DNA from: Desulfobacterales bacterium
Lineage (GTDB): Bacteria > Desulfobacterota > Desulfobacteria > Desulfobacterales > UBA5852
Length of the DNA stretch: 64,000 nt
Direction of reading: 5' to 3'
Assembly (NCBI GenBank): GCA_963674755.2
Contig: CAXXVS010000003.1
Coordinates: 1,536,001-1,600,000, forward strand
Both the position numbers and the translations under genes were made by a program. Numbering within the stretch: the first letter of the stretch is position 1; every line of letters starts with the position of its first letter. The notes under the pieces are model-generated. The model searched no databases and was not told where the DNA came from. It saw only the letters and a program-made list of their open reading frames with translations. Shown piece by piece: positions 48,429-58,580 of this stretch.

Positions 48429-50906
48429 ATGACCGATCTTACTGAATTGCACTATCGCCTGCACATTATCCCCGACTTGGGAAAGCTGACCTTCGAGGGC
48501 CGGCTGGAGCTGTCGGCAACGCCGGCCGCGCCGCTGGAGACCCTCCGGCTGAATGCCGCCGATCTTGATATCCGGCAGTGTGACGTCATGCAGGGCAACA
48601 CCGCCCTCGACACGCAGATCGCCCTCGATGCCGAAAAAGAGACGCTGTCGGTCCGGGTGACCCCGGCCGTGACAGGACCGTTTTCCCTGAACATCGATTT
48701 TACGGGGGGCATTAATGACAAGATGGCCGGTTTCTACCGCAGTGCCTACCGCTGGAACGACCAGAAGCACTTCATGGCCGTCACCCAGTTCGAGGAAAGC
48801 GACGCCCGCCGGGCTTTCCCCTGCCTCGACCACCCGCGCTACAAGGCGACCTTCGACATCGAGATGACGGTGGACGGCGATCTGACGGCGGTTTCCAACG
48901 GTGCCGTGCACGAGGAAACCGCGCTGGCCGACGGCAGGAAGCGGGTGCGTTTCGCGCGCACACCGCGCATGTCCACCTATCTGGTATTTTTCGGGGTGGG
49001 GCGCTTCGAATCCCGGCAGGACGGGGAAGATCCGCGGGTTCATCTGCTGACACCCCCGGGAGGGGCGCGCTACGGCGACTTGGGGCTGCTGTGCGGCCGC
49101 CAATCCCTGCAGTTCTGCGAAGACTATTTCGGCATTCCCTATCCCCTGGCAAAGCTCGACCTCATCAGCATTCCCGATTTTGCCTTCGGTGCCATGGAAA
49201 ACTGGGGCGCGGTGACCTTCCGGGAAAATCTTTTGCTGAACATGCCGGGGATTACGTCCAAGGCCGGCCAGGAGCGTATTTTCGAAGTCACCGCCCATGA
49301 GATCACCCACCAATGGTTCGGCAACCTGGTGACCCCCTCGGACTGGCGCTACCTCTGGCTCAATGAAAGCTTTGCCACCTATTTCGGCTTCGGCATCGTA
49401 GACCACTATCGCCCGGAGTGGGAGATCTGGAGCCAGTTCATTCTTTCCCAGACGGATAGCGCCCTGGGGCGGGACGGCCTCCAGGAGACTTTCCCCATCG
49501 AAATCCCCGGCGGCGAACACATGGTGATCAACACCAGCACGGCCCCGATCATCTACAGCAAAGGGGGCAGCGTCCTGCGGCAGATCCGTGGGTTTATCGG
49601 GGACGCGGCCTTCCGGGAGGGCCTGCAACACTATCTTAGCCGGCACGCCTATCAATGCGCCGGCAGTTCGCAGTTCTGGGAGGCTTTCGAGGCGGTTTCG
49701 GATCAGCCGGTCAGCGCCATCATGCGGGCCTGGGTCGAGCAGCCGGGCTATCCCGTGGTGCGCGCAGGCCGTGACGGCGCCCGTTTGACCCTGACCCAGG
49801 AGCGCTTCAGTTACCTTCCCGCCCGCGCAACGACCGTCTGGCCGATTCCCATCACCATCCGGCTGTTCGATCCCGAGGGGGGAGAGCGGCAACTTTCTTT
49901 ACTGATGCGTGAGGCCGCCCTGGAGATCGATATCAATGGCGCCGCGGCCTTTAAAATCAACGACGGCCAGACCGGATTCTACCGGGCGTTCTACGCCAAG
50001 GAGGACCTGGCGGAATTGGGCCGGCGGATCCAGGACAAGACCCTGGCCCCGGAAGACCGCTGGGGCCTGCAGAACGATTTGTTTGCCCGGGTCCAGGCCG
50101 GCGAGGCGCCTCTGGCGGACTACCTGTCGTTTCTTGAATGGTATGACAACGAGGATGCCTTCCTGCCCCTGGTGAGCATCGACAGCCACTTGCGCTACAC
50201 CCACCTCGTGGCCCGATCGTCGGGTGCCGCCATTGCGGCGGAGAGCGGTCGCAAGTTGACGGAACGCGTGCTGAATGCCATCGGCTGGGCACCGGCCGCC
50301 GGGGAGCCCCACGTCACGGCGGCGCTGCGCGACCAATTGCTCTGGCATGGCGTTTTATACGGCTCCGAGGAGGCGCAGCATTTTGCCGATCGGACGTTCA
50401 GGGGGCTTATGAATGGCGATGCCGTACCGCCCGATATCCTCAAAGCGGTGCTCCAGGCGGGGGCGCTGCTCCACAACGACCAAGCCCTGGCCTGGATGAC
50501 GAAGCGATTGGACGAAACCGCGAGCGAGCACGAGCGTCTGGCCATCATGGCGGCCCTGGGGTGTTTCCGGGAGAGCCGGACCCTGGCCGCAGCCCGGGAT
50601 TACGTGCTCGATCATGTACCGGACCGCAACCGCTTCATCCCTCTGGTGGCGATGGCGGCCAATCCTTTTGCCATGATGGATCTATGGGCCTGGTTCGTGG
50701 ACACCCAGGCGCGGTTCAAGGCGTTTCACCCCCTGCTTTTCGAACGGGTCATCGCGGCCATCGTGCCTGTGGCCGGTCTGGTGGATCCGCCGGGGGTGAA
50801 GGCCTTTATGGAAGGCTACATGGAAGCCTCCCCCCAGACCCGGGACGTGGTCAACCTCTCCCTGGAGAAGCTGGAGATCAACCGGCGCTTCCGCGAAGCC
50901 CAATAA
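48429..50906 (+). CDS. M1 aminopeptidase (PepN / puromycin-sensitive type)
   Basis: TQFE..DARRAFPC, GAMENWG, HEITHQWFGN, WLNESFA. Confidence 0.95.
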   Translation: MTDLTELHYRLHIIPDLGKLTFEGRLELSATPAAPLETLRLNAADLDIRQCDVMQGNTALDTQIALDAEKETLSVRVTPAVTGPFSLNIDFTGGINDKMAGFYRSAYRWNDQKHFMAVTQFEESDARRAFPCLDHPRYKATFDIEMTVDGDLTAVSNGAVHEETALADGRKRVRFARTPRMSTYLVFFGVGRFESRQDGEDPRVHLLTPPGGARYGDLGLLCGRQSLQFCEDYFGIPYPLAKLDLISIPDFAFGAMENWGAVTFRENLLLNMPGITSKAGQERIFEVTAHEITHQWFGNLVTPSDWRYLWLNESFATYFGFGIVDHYRPEWEIWSQFILSQTDSALGRDGLQETFPIEIPGGEHMVINTSTAPIIYSKGGSVLRQIRGFIGDAAFREGLQHYLSRHAYQCAGSSQFWEAFEAVSDQPVSAIMRAWVEQPGYPVVRAGRDGARLTLTQERFSYLPARATTVWPIPITIRLFDPEGGERQLSLLMREAALEIDINGAAAFKINDGQTGFYRAFYAKEDLAELGRRIQDKTLAPEDRWGLQNDLFARVQAGEAPLADYLSFLEWYDNEDAFLPLVSIDSHLRYTHLVARSSGAAIAAESGRKLTERVLNAIGWAPAAGEPHVTAALRDQLLWHGVLYGSEEAQHFADRTFRGLMNGDAVPPDILKAVLQAGALLHNDQALAWMTKRLDETASEHERLAIMAALGCFRESRTLAAARDYVLDHVPDRNRFIPLVAMAANPFAMMDLWAWFVDTQARFKAFHPLLFERVIAAIVPVAGLVDPPGVKAFMEGYMEASPQTRDVVNLSLEKLEINRRFREAQ

Positions 50907-50924
50907 GGGCTTTGGGCCGCAACG

Positions 50925-51125
50925 TCATTCCCGGCGGCGCAGCACGGTGACGGTTTCGCCGCCGATCCCCCAATTGTCCGTCTCCACCTCGTCAATGGTG
51001 ACCACGGTGGTGGCCGGGTTCTTGCCCAGAATGTCCTGCAGCAGGCGGGTGACCCCCCTAATGAGGTCGGCCTTTTGTTCGGCGGTGGCGCCTTCGCGGG
51101 TAATGCGGATGTTGACGTAGGGCAT
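50925..51125 (-). CDS. 4-oxalocrotonate tautomerase family protein
   Basis: N-terminal Pro (MPYVNI), EQKADL, NWGIGG; GGAGG SD. Confidence 0.92.
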   Translation of the reverse strand: MPYVNIRITREGATAEQKADLIRGVTRLLQDILGKNPATTVVTIDEVETDNWGIGGETVTVLRRRE

Positions 51126-51143
51126 ACGATTCTCCTCCATTTT

Positions 51144-51417
51144 ATAAAAGAGATTACCATGAAGGGCATGAAGATCATGAAGAAAAGCATCTATGAACTC
51201 AGATCCATACCGGTCATGGTAGAAAACCAACGCTAATGAATGCAATCGCGAAGGGCACGAAGAAAGCGAAGAAATTATCGGGATAGCGGCCGGTTGCCCC
51301 TTCCCGTTGCGGTGTCCCAAACCTTCGTAACCCTTCGTGGCCTTCGTGGTGAACGGTTTTTATCGAGGTTTTTCCTCTTCATGCCCTTCATGTTCTTCAT
51401 GGTAAAAAGCTCTTTAT
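51144..51417. repeat. Nested inverted repeats built from 9-bp-period CAYGAAG units
   Basis: ACCATGAAGGGCATGAAGATCATGAAG ... CTTCATGCCCTTCATGTTCTTCATGGT enclosing CGCGAAGGGCACGAAG ... CTTCGTGGCCTTCGTGG. Confidence 0.75.
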
Positions 51418-51439
51418 CCGTATCCGGACCCCATGACCG

Positions 51440-52225
51440 CTATAGTTTGGGGCTGTACTGCCGCTTCAGCCAGCAACTCAGGCCGTCCAGGCCGGGGAAG
51501 AGCACCCGCTCGGTGATGTTGGCCTGGTCCAGCTTGTCGCGCAACTCCCATTTCAGATCCGCCGGGATGACGATGCGCCGCCAGATAGCGGGATGTCTTG
51601 CCAGCCACTGATCCAGGGGCGCCGTGGGATCGGACATGATGGAGAAAAAGGCGAACTGGTTGAGGATGCGGTCGTCGATGGAAGGGGGTTCGAAGAAAAT
51701 CGTGAAGGGCTCCGCCTGCATCGCCATCAACTCGTTTAGGGAAGGCACCTCGCGGGAGAGCATGCCCACGGTGAAGACATTGGCGCCTTCCTGCTCAAGA
51801 GCCTGCTTGAGCCGAACCGGCAGAAGCTGGTGGGCCTTGTAATAGTTCACGGCCCAGATCACGCCGTCGGTGTGGAATTTTTCCAGATTGGTCAAGGCAA
51901 AATGCATGGCCACGAAGGGCGAGTAGGTCCAGTCCATGAGCCGGGTGGGCAGGCCGTGGTGCTGGGCCACGGACATCCAGTGCCAGGGAGAGTCCCGCTG
52001 GACCACGTCCCGGTGGGCATATTTGCGGAAGTTGCGCAGCAGGTGGCGCTCGAGATCGACATAGCGGCCCCCCAGGCGCATCAAGGTCGTCTCCAGGGGG
52101 TAGTCGATATCCGAGAGGCCCCGAAAGGCGTTACGGGAACGGTAGCGCTCGATTTCGGGATTCCAGGCGTCCTCAAAGAGGGCCTCCTGCAATTCATTCC
52201 AACTGTGTATGCGGATTTCGTTCAT
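51440..52225 (-). CDS. FRG domain protein
   Basis: FRG, AQHHGLPTRLMDWT, RILNQ, LFPGLDG. Confidence 0.92.
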   Translation of the reverse strand: MNEIRIHSWNELQEALFEDAWNPEIERYRSRNAFRGLSDIDYPLETTLMRLGGRYVDLERHLLRNFRKYAHRDVVQRDSPWHWMSVAQHHGLPTRLMDWTYSPFVAMHFALTNLEKFHTDGVIWAVNYYKAHQLLPVRLKQALEQEGANVFTVGMLSREVPSLNELMAMQAEPFTIFFEPPSIDDRILNQFAFFSIMSDPTAPLDQWLARHPAIWRRIVIPADLKWELRDKLDQANITERVLFPGLDGLSCWLKRQYSPKL

Positions 52226-52400
52226 GGCTTTTCCAATCGGGCTTCCAGGGAATAGGAAGCGACCGCAAGGTCGCTGCGTAATCTCCACCCGGTGTGCCGC
52301 CGAAAATCCCGCCCCGTCGCATTGGTCGCGATTATAAAGCGGATATGGACCGTCATCAAACGTCTCCAGGCGTTTTTAACAGCGGCCTTGGGGGCGGTCG

Positions 52401-52886
52401 CTATTCGGGTGCCAGTTGCAGGGTGATGCGGTCGCCAACCTGAAGGGCGCGCGCTTCGGCCTGCTGGATTTCCAGGACATATTGGATGTCGTCCGGCGAC
52501 CGGATGTGGTGGGTGCTGAAAGGTTGTCCCGCTTCGATAGCCGCTATCCGGCCGGAAGCGGAAATGAACACAATGGCCAGGGGAAGTGGCGTGTCTTTCA
52601 TCCAGAAGATGCGTTTCCGGGCATCGGAATAGATGAACAAGAGGCCGCTGCCCGTTGCCAGACCCCGGCAGCCCATAAGCCCCTTGCGGTGCTGGTCGCG
52701 CGTCTCGGCCAGGCCGACCCGGAAGGTGCCCGTCTCTTGACCGTCCCGGGTCACCACGAGGGTGCCCCTTTCCGGATAGCCGCAGATATCGGCGGCGGCC
52801 GAATTCACGAACAACAGCATGGCGATCGTCGGAAGGATCAAAAGATTCCGCGCGCGCCGAATCGGATACGAGGCATCATTACGCAC
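52401..52886 (-). CDS. DUF192 domain protein
   Basis: KGLM, GLLF, FWMKDTPLPL, YVLEI. Confidence 0.88.
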   Translation of the reverse strand: MRNDASYPIRRARNLLILPTIAMLLFVNSAAADICGYPERGTLVVTRDGQETGTFRVGLAETRDQHRKGLMGCRGLATGSGLLFIYSDARKRIFWMKDTPLPLAIVFISASGRIAAIEAGQPFSTHHIRSPDDIQYVLEIQQAEARALQVGDRITLQLAPE

Positions 52887-53292
52887 TGCGGTCCACCAGT
52901 CGCAACCAGAAAGCGGCGGCCACCCCCCAGATGCCGTTGAAAAGAAGCACCAGCACCGGCGTCAGGGGACCCAATTGCATCCCCAGCATGCCTTTGTGCA
53001 GGACGGTCGGGAAGATGTAGGCCAACTGGACCAGGGAGGGCCCCAGGCTCAGGATCAGCCCCCGCAGCACAAAGCGGCTCTTTACCAGGGGCAGAAGGAA
53101 AAGCAGGCCCCAGAGGCCGCCCCAGACCACACGGGGGTAGAGCCAGCCCGGCGTCAGCCGGGGCGCGATGGCCACGTTGAGGGCGGCACTGATGCCGTAG
53201 GCACCGCATGCCCAGACGGCCAGGCTGTTGATCAGTCCGCCCAGACTTCCGGCGGCGAAGTAGAGGGATAATTTCTGCAGCCAGCGGCTCAT
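52879..53292 (-). CDS. Hypothetical membrane protein
   Basis: About four hydrophobic segments, WLYPRVVWGGLWG; overlaps the DUF192 start. Confidence 0.75.
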   Translation of the reverse strand: MSRWLQKLSLYFAAGSLGGLINSLAVWACGAYGISAALNVAIAPRLTPGWLYPRVVWGGLWGLLFLLPLVKSRFVLRGLILSLGPSLVQLAYIFPTVLHKGMLGMQLGPLTPVLVLLFNGIWGVAAAFWLRLVDRSA

Positions 53293-53630
53293 GGGATGAA
53301 TGTCCTTTGTAAGGGGTGGTGCCGTCTTTCACCTGTGTGGCAAGACGGCAAAGAATACGCCCTCAGTTTCACTCTACTATGTTACTGGCTAACGGTCGTG
53401 CTGTAAAGGTGCCCGTCTTCGTGGTCGTTAAAGCGGATGCCCTCTGCGGCTTCGATGGTCGCTCATTCGCCATGACGGCCATGCCGTAGGCGGAAATTGA
53501 AATTTTGTTGGTCGAAGGCCAGGTCTAGATCTTTCCGTGGGAGGGAAGACAATAAGGTGGACTGCCGCGCCGGTTCGTCCCTCACAACCATGACCCCTAT
53601 CGAAAGTTTTGCCGCCGGCTGGCAAAAGTC

Positions 53631-54032
53631 TCACGGCTTCGGCGATCCGCGCAGCTGGGCGATCAACTCGGCCGCGCTGATGCCGACCAAAAGAACGGCC
53701 AGGCTCCACAGAAACACGCGACCCCGCAACGGCAGCGCCAGTGCGCCGCTGAGCAGCCAGATCAGGAGAACCGTGCCGCCGCTGAGATTGACGGCCACCG
53801 CACCCCCCGCCCCCAGTCCCACGAGACCTTTCGGTTTTCGAAGAAGTTCGATCCCCAGGGCGATGCCGATGCCGAAGAGAACCGCGCCTAAAATCGTCGG
53901 ATAGAAGCCCGTATCCGAATAAGGGACCCCTAAAAAATTGGCAAGCGGGTCTGAAAATGCCAGGAGCAGGATGCCCAACAGAAAATTCACGGCGGCGTCG
54001 ATGCCAAGAAGGAAGGATACGGTCTTTTGCAT
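53631..54032 (-). CDS. Hypothetical membrane protein
   Basis: About four TM segments; GGAGG SD; 12 nt after the TerC stop. Confidence 0.75.
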   Translation of the reverse strand: MQKTVSFLLGIDAAVNFLLGILLLAFSDPLANFLGVPYSDTGFYPTILGAVLFGIGIALGIELLRKPKGLVGLGAGGAVAVNLSGGTVLLIWLLSGALALPLRGRVFLWSLAVLLVGISAAELIAQLRGSPKP

Positions 54033-54044
54033 GGGGAACCTCCA

Positions 54045-54794
54045 CTACTGCGGGGCGGGCGCCCTTTTGTGCAGCTGGACCGGCTCCCGGGCGCGTTTGC
54101 GAATTTTCATATTCAGCATTTCGACACCGCACGAAAAGGCCATGGCAAAGTAGATATAGCCTTTGGGGATGTGGAAGGCCATACCTTCGGCCACCAGGGT
54201 CACCCCCACCAGAATCAGGAAGCTCAGGGCCAGCATTTTGATGGTGGGATGGGTGTCCACAAAAGTGCCGATAGGTCCGGCGGAAATCATCATGATGCCT
54301 ACGGCAATGACGATGGCCAGAATCATCACGGGCAGGTGCTGGGCCAGGCCGACGGCCGTGATCACCGAATCCAGCGAAAAGACGATGTCGAGGAGGGTGA
54401 TCTGGATCAAGACCTTGGCGAAGGAGGCCGCGGAGGCCGCCGTAGCGCTGTGCTCCCCGCCTTCGAGGCTGCTGTGAATTTCAAAGGTGCTTTTGACCAG
54501 CAAAAACAACCCGCCGCCGATCAAAATCAGGTCGCGTCCGGAGATCGCGCGTCCCAGGACAGTGAACAGGGGCGTGCTGAGGCGCATAATCCAGGTGATG
54601 GAAACCAGGAGCAGGATGCGCATGACCATGGCCATGGAAAGTCCGGCGATCCGTGCACGCGGCCGTTTTTGCTCGGGCAGGCGGCCCACCAGAACGGAAA
54701 TGAAGATGATGTTATCGATGCCCAGCACGATTTCCAGGGCCGTCAGTGTGCCCAGGGCAATCCAGGCCTGGGGATCGAATAGCCAATCCATCAT
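54045..54794 (-). CDS. TerC family membrane protein
   Basis: LEIVLGIDN, LDIVFSLDSVITAVG. Confidence 0.93.
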   Translation of the reverse strand: MMDWLFDPQAWIALGTLTALEIVLGIDNIIFISVLVGRLPEQKRPRARIAGLSMAMVMRILLLVSITWIMRLSTPLFTVLGRAISGRDLILIGGGLFLLVKSTFEIHSSLEGGEHSATAASAASFAKVLIQITLLDIVFSLDSVITAVGLAQHLPVMILAIVIAVGIMMISAGPIGTFVDTHPTIKMLALSFLILVGVTLVAEGMAFHIPKGYIYFAMAFSCGVEMLNMKIRKRAREPVQLHKRAPAPQ

Positions 54795-54878
54795 CAAGTC
54801 TCCTATAGAGAACGGTTCGACAAAGCATCGGGCGGGCCTGGTGGTTTGGACGCCCTCCCGCCCCGGGTGCGGCCCAAC

Positions 54879-55391
54879 CTATTCCTTCCGGCTCCGGAAG
54901 CGCTCCTTGCATTCGTCGATGCAGGTTCCGCAGTGCTTTCGTTGCAGTTCACCCGATTCACAATAGTGGATGAAGGCGCCCAGTAAATCGGTGCCGGCCC
55001 GGGGGCACTGCTGCATGAAATCGATGAAGCATACCAGGCGGTCGAGCACCATCCCCTCCACCACGTGCTCCATGCGGCAGGCGGTGGTCTCGGCCGTTTC
55101 AGGCGGGATGCGGAGCACCTCGGTCAGAAAGTTGCGGATCACCTGGTGGCGGCGGCTGATTTCCAGGGCCACGGCGGTGCCCCGGGGGGTCAGGGTAATA
55201 AAGCTGTAGGGGGCATAGTTGACCAAGCCTTTTTCCGCCAGTGCTTTCAGGGCACCGGTGACGGTGCCACGCTGAACCTGAAGGCGTTCGGCAATGTCCT
55301 TGGCCCGGGCCACTTTGTGGGTACGCTCCAGGTCCAGAATGACTTCCAGATAGTCTTCCATGCTTTCCGTCAAAGGCCGCTTTTCGATCAT
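54879..55391 (-). CDS. DtxR/MntR family metal-dependent regulator
   Basis: SMEDYLE, RRH, ACRMEH; Cys-rich tail. Confidence 0.92.
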   Translation of the reverse strand: MIEKRPLTESMEDYLEVILDLERTHKVARAKDIAERLQVQRGTVTGALKALAEKGLVNYAPYSFITLTPRGTAVALEISRRHQVIRNFLTEVLRIPPETAETTACRMEHVVEGMVLDRLVCFIDFMQQCPRAGTDLLGAFIHYCESGELQRKHCGTCIDECKERFRSRKE

Positions 55392-55459
55392 ATCACCCCC
55401 CGAAATCAATAAGTTGGCTCAATGTAGCATCGCGCTATGATGAGTCAACGCAAAAAATG

Positions 55460-55512
55460 TTAGGATAGCCAAAATTATTGTTGACAGATATAAAAGTTTG
55501 GACTACCAAACT
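55460..55512. promoter_or_regulatory. Two candidate DtxR/MntR operators flanking a TTGACA element
   Basis: TTAGG-ATAG-CCAAA (55460-55473), TTGACA (55481-55486), AGTTTGG-ACTA-CCAAACT (55495-55512). Confidence 0.65.
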
Positions 55513-55533
55513 CCCAAAAACGGAGGTGATGCA

Positions 55534-55779
55534 ATGACACGGATCATGCTGCGGCAGATGAAGGACAACCAATTTGGCATTATACGGGCCGTCAAGGCCA
55601 CTGGTGAAATGGGAAGACGCCTGAGGGATATGGGGCTGGTGCCGGGAACGGAAATCAAAATTAGGGGCCGGGCGCCGTTGAACGATCCGGTGGCTTTGCG
55701 TGTGATGGGGTTTACCCTGACCCTGCGCAATAACGAGGCGGATTGGATCGAAGTCGAAACTGTTTGTGAACGTCCCTGA
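55534..55779 (+). CDS. feoA: Ferrous iron transport protein A
   Basis: RRLRDMGLVPG, APLNDP, LTLRNNEA. Confidence 0.93.
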   Translation: MTRIMLRQMKDNQFGIIRAVKATGEMGRRLRDMGLVPGTEIKIRGRAPLNDPVALRVMGFTLTLRNNEADWIEVETVCERP

Positions 55780-55814
55780 AAGATAACGATAAGCATATTG
55801 GAGGAGCAAACCGT

Positions 55815-58028
55815 ATGGCAAATGCAACCTTTGCCCTGGCCGGCAACCCCAATTCCGGCAAGACGACCCTGTTCAATGCGCTCACGGGCGCCCGGCAGCA
55901 TGTGGGCAATTATCCCGGCGTCACCGTCGAAAAGAAAGAGGGACTCTATGTGCACGACGGCCGCCGGCTGAAGATCGTGGACTTGCCCGGCACCTATTCA
56001 CTGACCGCCTATTCCCTGGAAGAGGTGGTCGCGCGCGATTTTCTGGTTAACGAAAAACCGGCCGCCGTGATCGACATCGTGGACGCCGCCAACCTGGAGC
56101 GCAATCTCTATCTCACGCTGCAATTCATGGAAATGGGCGTCCCGGTGGTGGTGGCGCTCAATATGATGGATGTGGCCGCCCAGCGGGGCCTGACCATCGA
56201 TACCCGGAAGCTGGGCGATTTGCTGGGGGTTCCGGTGGTGGCGACGGTGGCCCGCCGGGGCGAGGGCAAGACGGAACTCCTGGAGGTGGCCGAACGCATC
56301 GTGGGCGACGGCATTCGTCAGCGGCCCCTGGTGGTCTCTTATGGTGACGATATCGACCTGGCGCTGTTGGAGATGGAGGCGGCCATCGAGAGCGCAGGCT
56401 TTCTGGCCGACACCTACCCGGCCCGCTGGATAGCGCTGAAGTATTTGGAAAACGACGATCAGATTATGGCCCTGGGGCGCCAACACCAGCCGGAGCTCGC
56501 CCACCTTCTGGAAGAACGGACCCGGGCGGTCAGCGACCATCTCCACAAAACCCTGGATCTCTACCCCGAAGCCGTGATCGCCGATCATCGCTACGGCTTC
56601 ATCCGGTCGGTTCTTCAGCAAGGGGTTCTTGCCGTCCGGCACGATCGCGACCGGCTGTATCTCTCCGACCGCATTGACAAGGTCCTTACCAACCGCCTGG
56701 CGGGCCCCCTGATCATGCTGGCCGTGATCTGGGGACTGTACCGGTTTACGTTCAGCTACAGCGCGTTGCCCGTCGCCTGGCTTGATGGCTTTTTCGAGTG
56801 GGTGAGCGGGGTGATCGATGCGCATTTTGCCGATGGCCTGCTCAAATCCCTGGTGACGGCCGGCATCATCGACGGTGTGGGCGGTGTACTGGGATTCGTC
56901 CCCTTGATTATGTTCATGTTCCTGGGCATCGCCTTCCTGGAAGACTCGGGCTATATGGCGCGGGTGGCCTTTATGCTCGACCGGGTGTTTCGTGTGTTCG
57001 GGCTGCATGGCAGTTCGGTGATGCCGTTCATCGTTTCCGGCGGCATTGCCGGGGGCTGTGCCGTTCCGGGCATCATGGCCACCCGAACATTGAAATCCCG
57101 CCGGGAGCGCTTGGCCACCCTGCTGACCGTGCCGTTCATGAACTGCGGGGCCAAGCTGCCGGTGTTTGCCCTTCTGGTGGCGGCGTTTTTCGCCAGACAT
57201 GAAGCCCTGGTCATGTTCGTCTTGACCCTGGTCTCATGGGCCGGCGCCCTCCTGGTGGCCCGGCTGCTGCGCAGTACGGTGGTCAAAGGGGAAGCGACCC
57301 CCTTTATCATGGAACTGCCGCCCTACCGCCTGCCCACCTTGAAAGGCCTGCTGATCCATACCGGGGAGCGGACCTGGCAGTATATCCGCAAGGCGGGCAC
57401 GGTGATCCTGGGCATTTCCGTTTTGTTGTGGGCCCTGATGAGCTTTCCGGGGCTGCCGGCATCCGTTCAGCGGCAGTATGCAAACGAACGCCACGCCCTG
57501 CAGGCCGCCTCCCCGGCGGCCGTTCATGAGATCGAAGCAAACAGGGACCCTGCCGGCCTGAGCCCGGCGGCCCAGGCCCTGCAAACGGCAATGGCCCGGG
57601 TGGACGGCCGGGAAGCCGAAGCGGCCCTGCGTTATTCCCTGGCCGGCCGGTTCGGAACGGCCCTGGAACCCCTTTCGCAGCTTGCCGGTTTCGACTGGCG
57701 GACCAATATTGCCCTGGTGGGAGGCTTTGCGGCCAAGGAAGTGGTGGTGTCCACCCTGGGAACGGCCTATGCCATGGGGGAGGCCGCTCTTGGGGAAACC
57801 GGCGCCCTGGCCGGCAAACTGGCGGCGGCCCCGGGGTGGCGCCCCTTGACGGCCATCAGCCTGATGGTGTTCATCATGTTCTATGCGCCCTGTTTCGTGT
57901 CCGTGGTTTGCATCGCCCGGGAGGCCGGCAGCTGGAAGTGGGCGGCATTCTCAGTGGTTTTCAATACCGCGCTGGCTTTTCTGCTGGCGGTGGGGCTCTA
58001 TCAGGCCGGATCGCTGGTGGGCTTTTAG
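55815..58028 (+). CDS. feoB: Ferrous iron transport protein B
   Basis: [44 protein letters not shown]. Confidence 0.96.
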   Translation: MANATFALAGNPNSGKTTLFNALTGARQHVGNYPGVTVEKKEGLYVHDGRRLKIVDLPGTYSLTAYSLEEVVARDFLVNEKPAAVIDIVDAANLERNLYLTLQFMEMGVPVVVALNMMDVAAQRGLTIDTRKLGDLLGVPVVATVARRGEGKTELLEVAERIVGDGIRQRPLVVSYGDDIDLALLEMEAAIESAGFLADTYPARWIALKYLENDDQIMALGRQHQPELAHLLEERTRAVSDHLHKTLDLYPEAVIADHRYGFIRSVLQQGVLAVRHDRDRLYLSDRIDKVLTNRLAGPLIMLAVIWGLYRFTFSYSALPVAWLDGFFEWVSGVIDAHFADGLLKSLVTAGIIDGVGGVLGFVPLIMFMFLGIAFLEDSGYMARVAFMLDRVFRVFGLHGSSVMPFIVSGGIAGGCAVPGIMATRTLKSRRERLATLLTVPFMNCGAKLPVFALLVAAFFARHEALVMFVLTLVSWAGALLVARLLRSTVVKGEATPFIMELPPYRLPTLKGLLIHTGERTWQYIRKAGTVILGISVLLWALMSFPGLPASVQRQYANERHALQAASPAAVHEIEANRDPAGLSPAAQALQTAMARVDGREAEAALRYSLAGRFGTALEPLSQLAGFDWRTNIALVGGFAAKEVVVSTLGTAYAMGEAALGETGALAGKLAAAPGWRPLTAISLMVFIMFYAPCFVSVVCIAREAGSWKWAAFSVVFNTALAFLLAVGLYQAGSLVGF

Positions 58029-58037
58029 GAGGAGATG

Positions 58038-58211
58038 ATGGATACGGCGATTGTGGTGATTATCGTGGGGTGGGCGGTTTTCAGCCTCGTGCGGCGTTAT
58101 ATCCGCCTTTTCCAGCCCCGGGAGGAAAACGCCTGCGCCTGCGGCTGCTCCGGATGCAGCCAGGCGGCGAGTTGCAGTTCCAATGGGAAATCGATTCAGT
58201 TGAAGCCATGA
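58038..58211 (+). CDS. FeoB-associated Cys-rich membrane microprotein
   Basis: Below the ORF-track cutoff; AGGAGG SD; MDTAIVVIIVGWAVFSLVRR...CACGCSGCSQAASC. Confidence 0.8.
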   Translation: MDTAIVVIIVGWAVFSLVRRYIRLFQPREENACACGCSGCSQAASCSSNGKSIQLKP

Positions 58212-58296
58212 GCCGGGGGCTTCCCAAGGGGAGACCATGCGTGCCCAAAAATCCGCTGCGGCGCCAGATGGCCGTATTAATGGGTGCGCGTGGGAT

Positions 58297-58551
58297 TTAG
58301 GGTTTAACCGTGGTCACCCAGTCTTCGCCCACCTTGCCGATAATGCCGCGTCGGTTAAAATCCGTTATGACCTTGTCGAAAACGGTTTGGCAGTCGCCGG
58401 CAAAGTAGCGGTTTATCGTGTCCGGATACCAGTTGGTGACCATCAGATTTTCGAAGAAGGTTGCCCTGGGCACCCGCCCCTTCATCAGGAGGGTATAGAC
58501 AAAGAAATAGAAGCCGGGCAGAATTACACTAGGGGCGGGTGTTGGCGTCAT
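58297..58551 (-). CDS. Small hypothetical protein
   Basis: GGAG SD, 84 aa, follows the Gfo/Idh/MocA gene closely. Confidence 0.6.
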   Translation of the reverse strand: MTPTPAPSVILPGFYFFVYTLLMKGRVPRATFFENLMVTNWYPDTINRYFAGDCQTVFDKVITDFNRRGIIGKVGEDWVTTVKP

Positions 58552-58580
58552 AGCGTCTCCGGGCGCGGCGCGTTGCGGTC

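Noticed and set aside
50816..51611. ORFs 50816-51190 and 51240-51611
   Set aside because: Arise from the 9-bp-period repeat and overlap real genes
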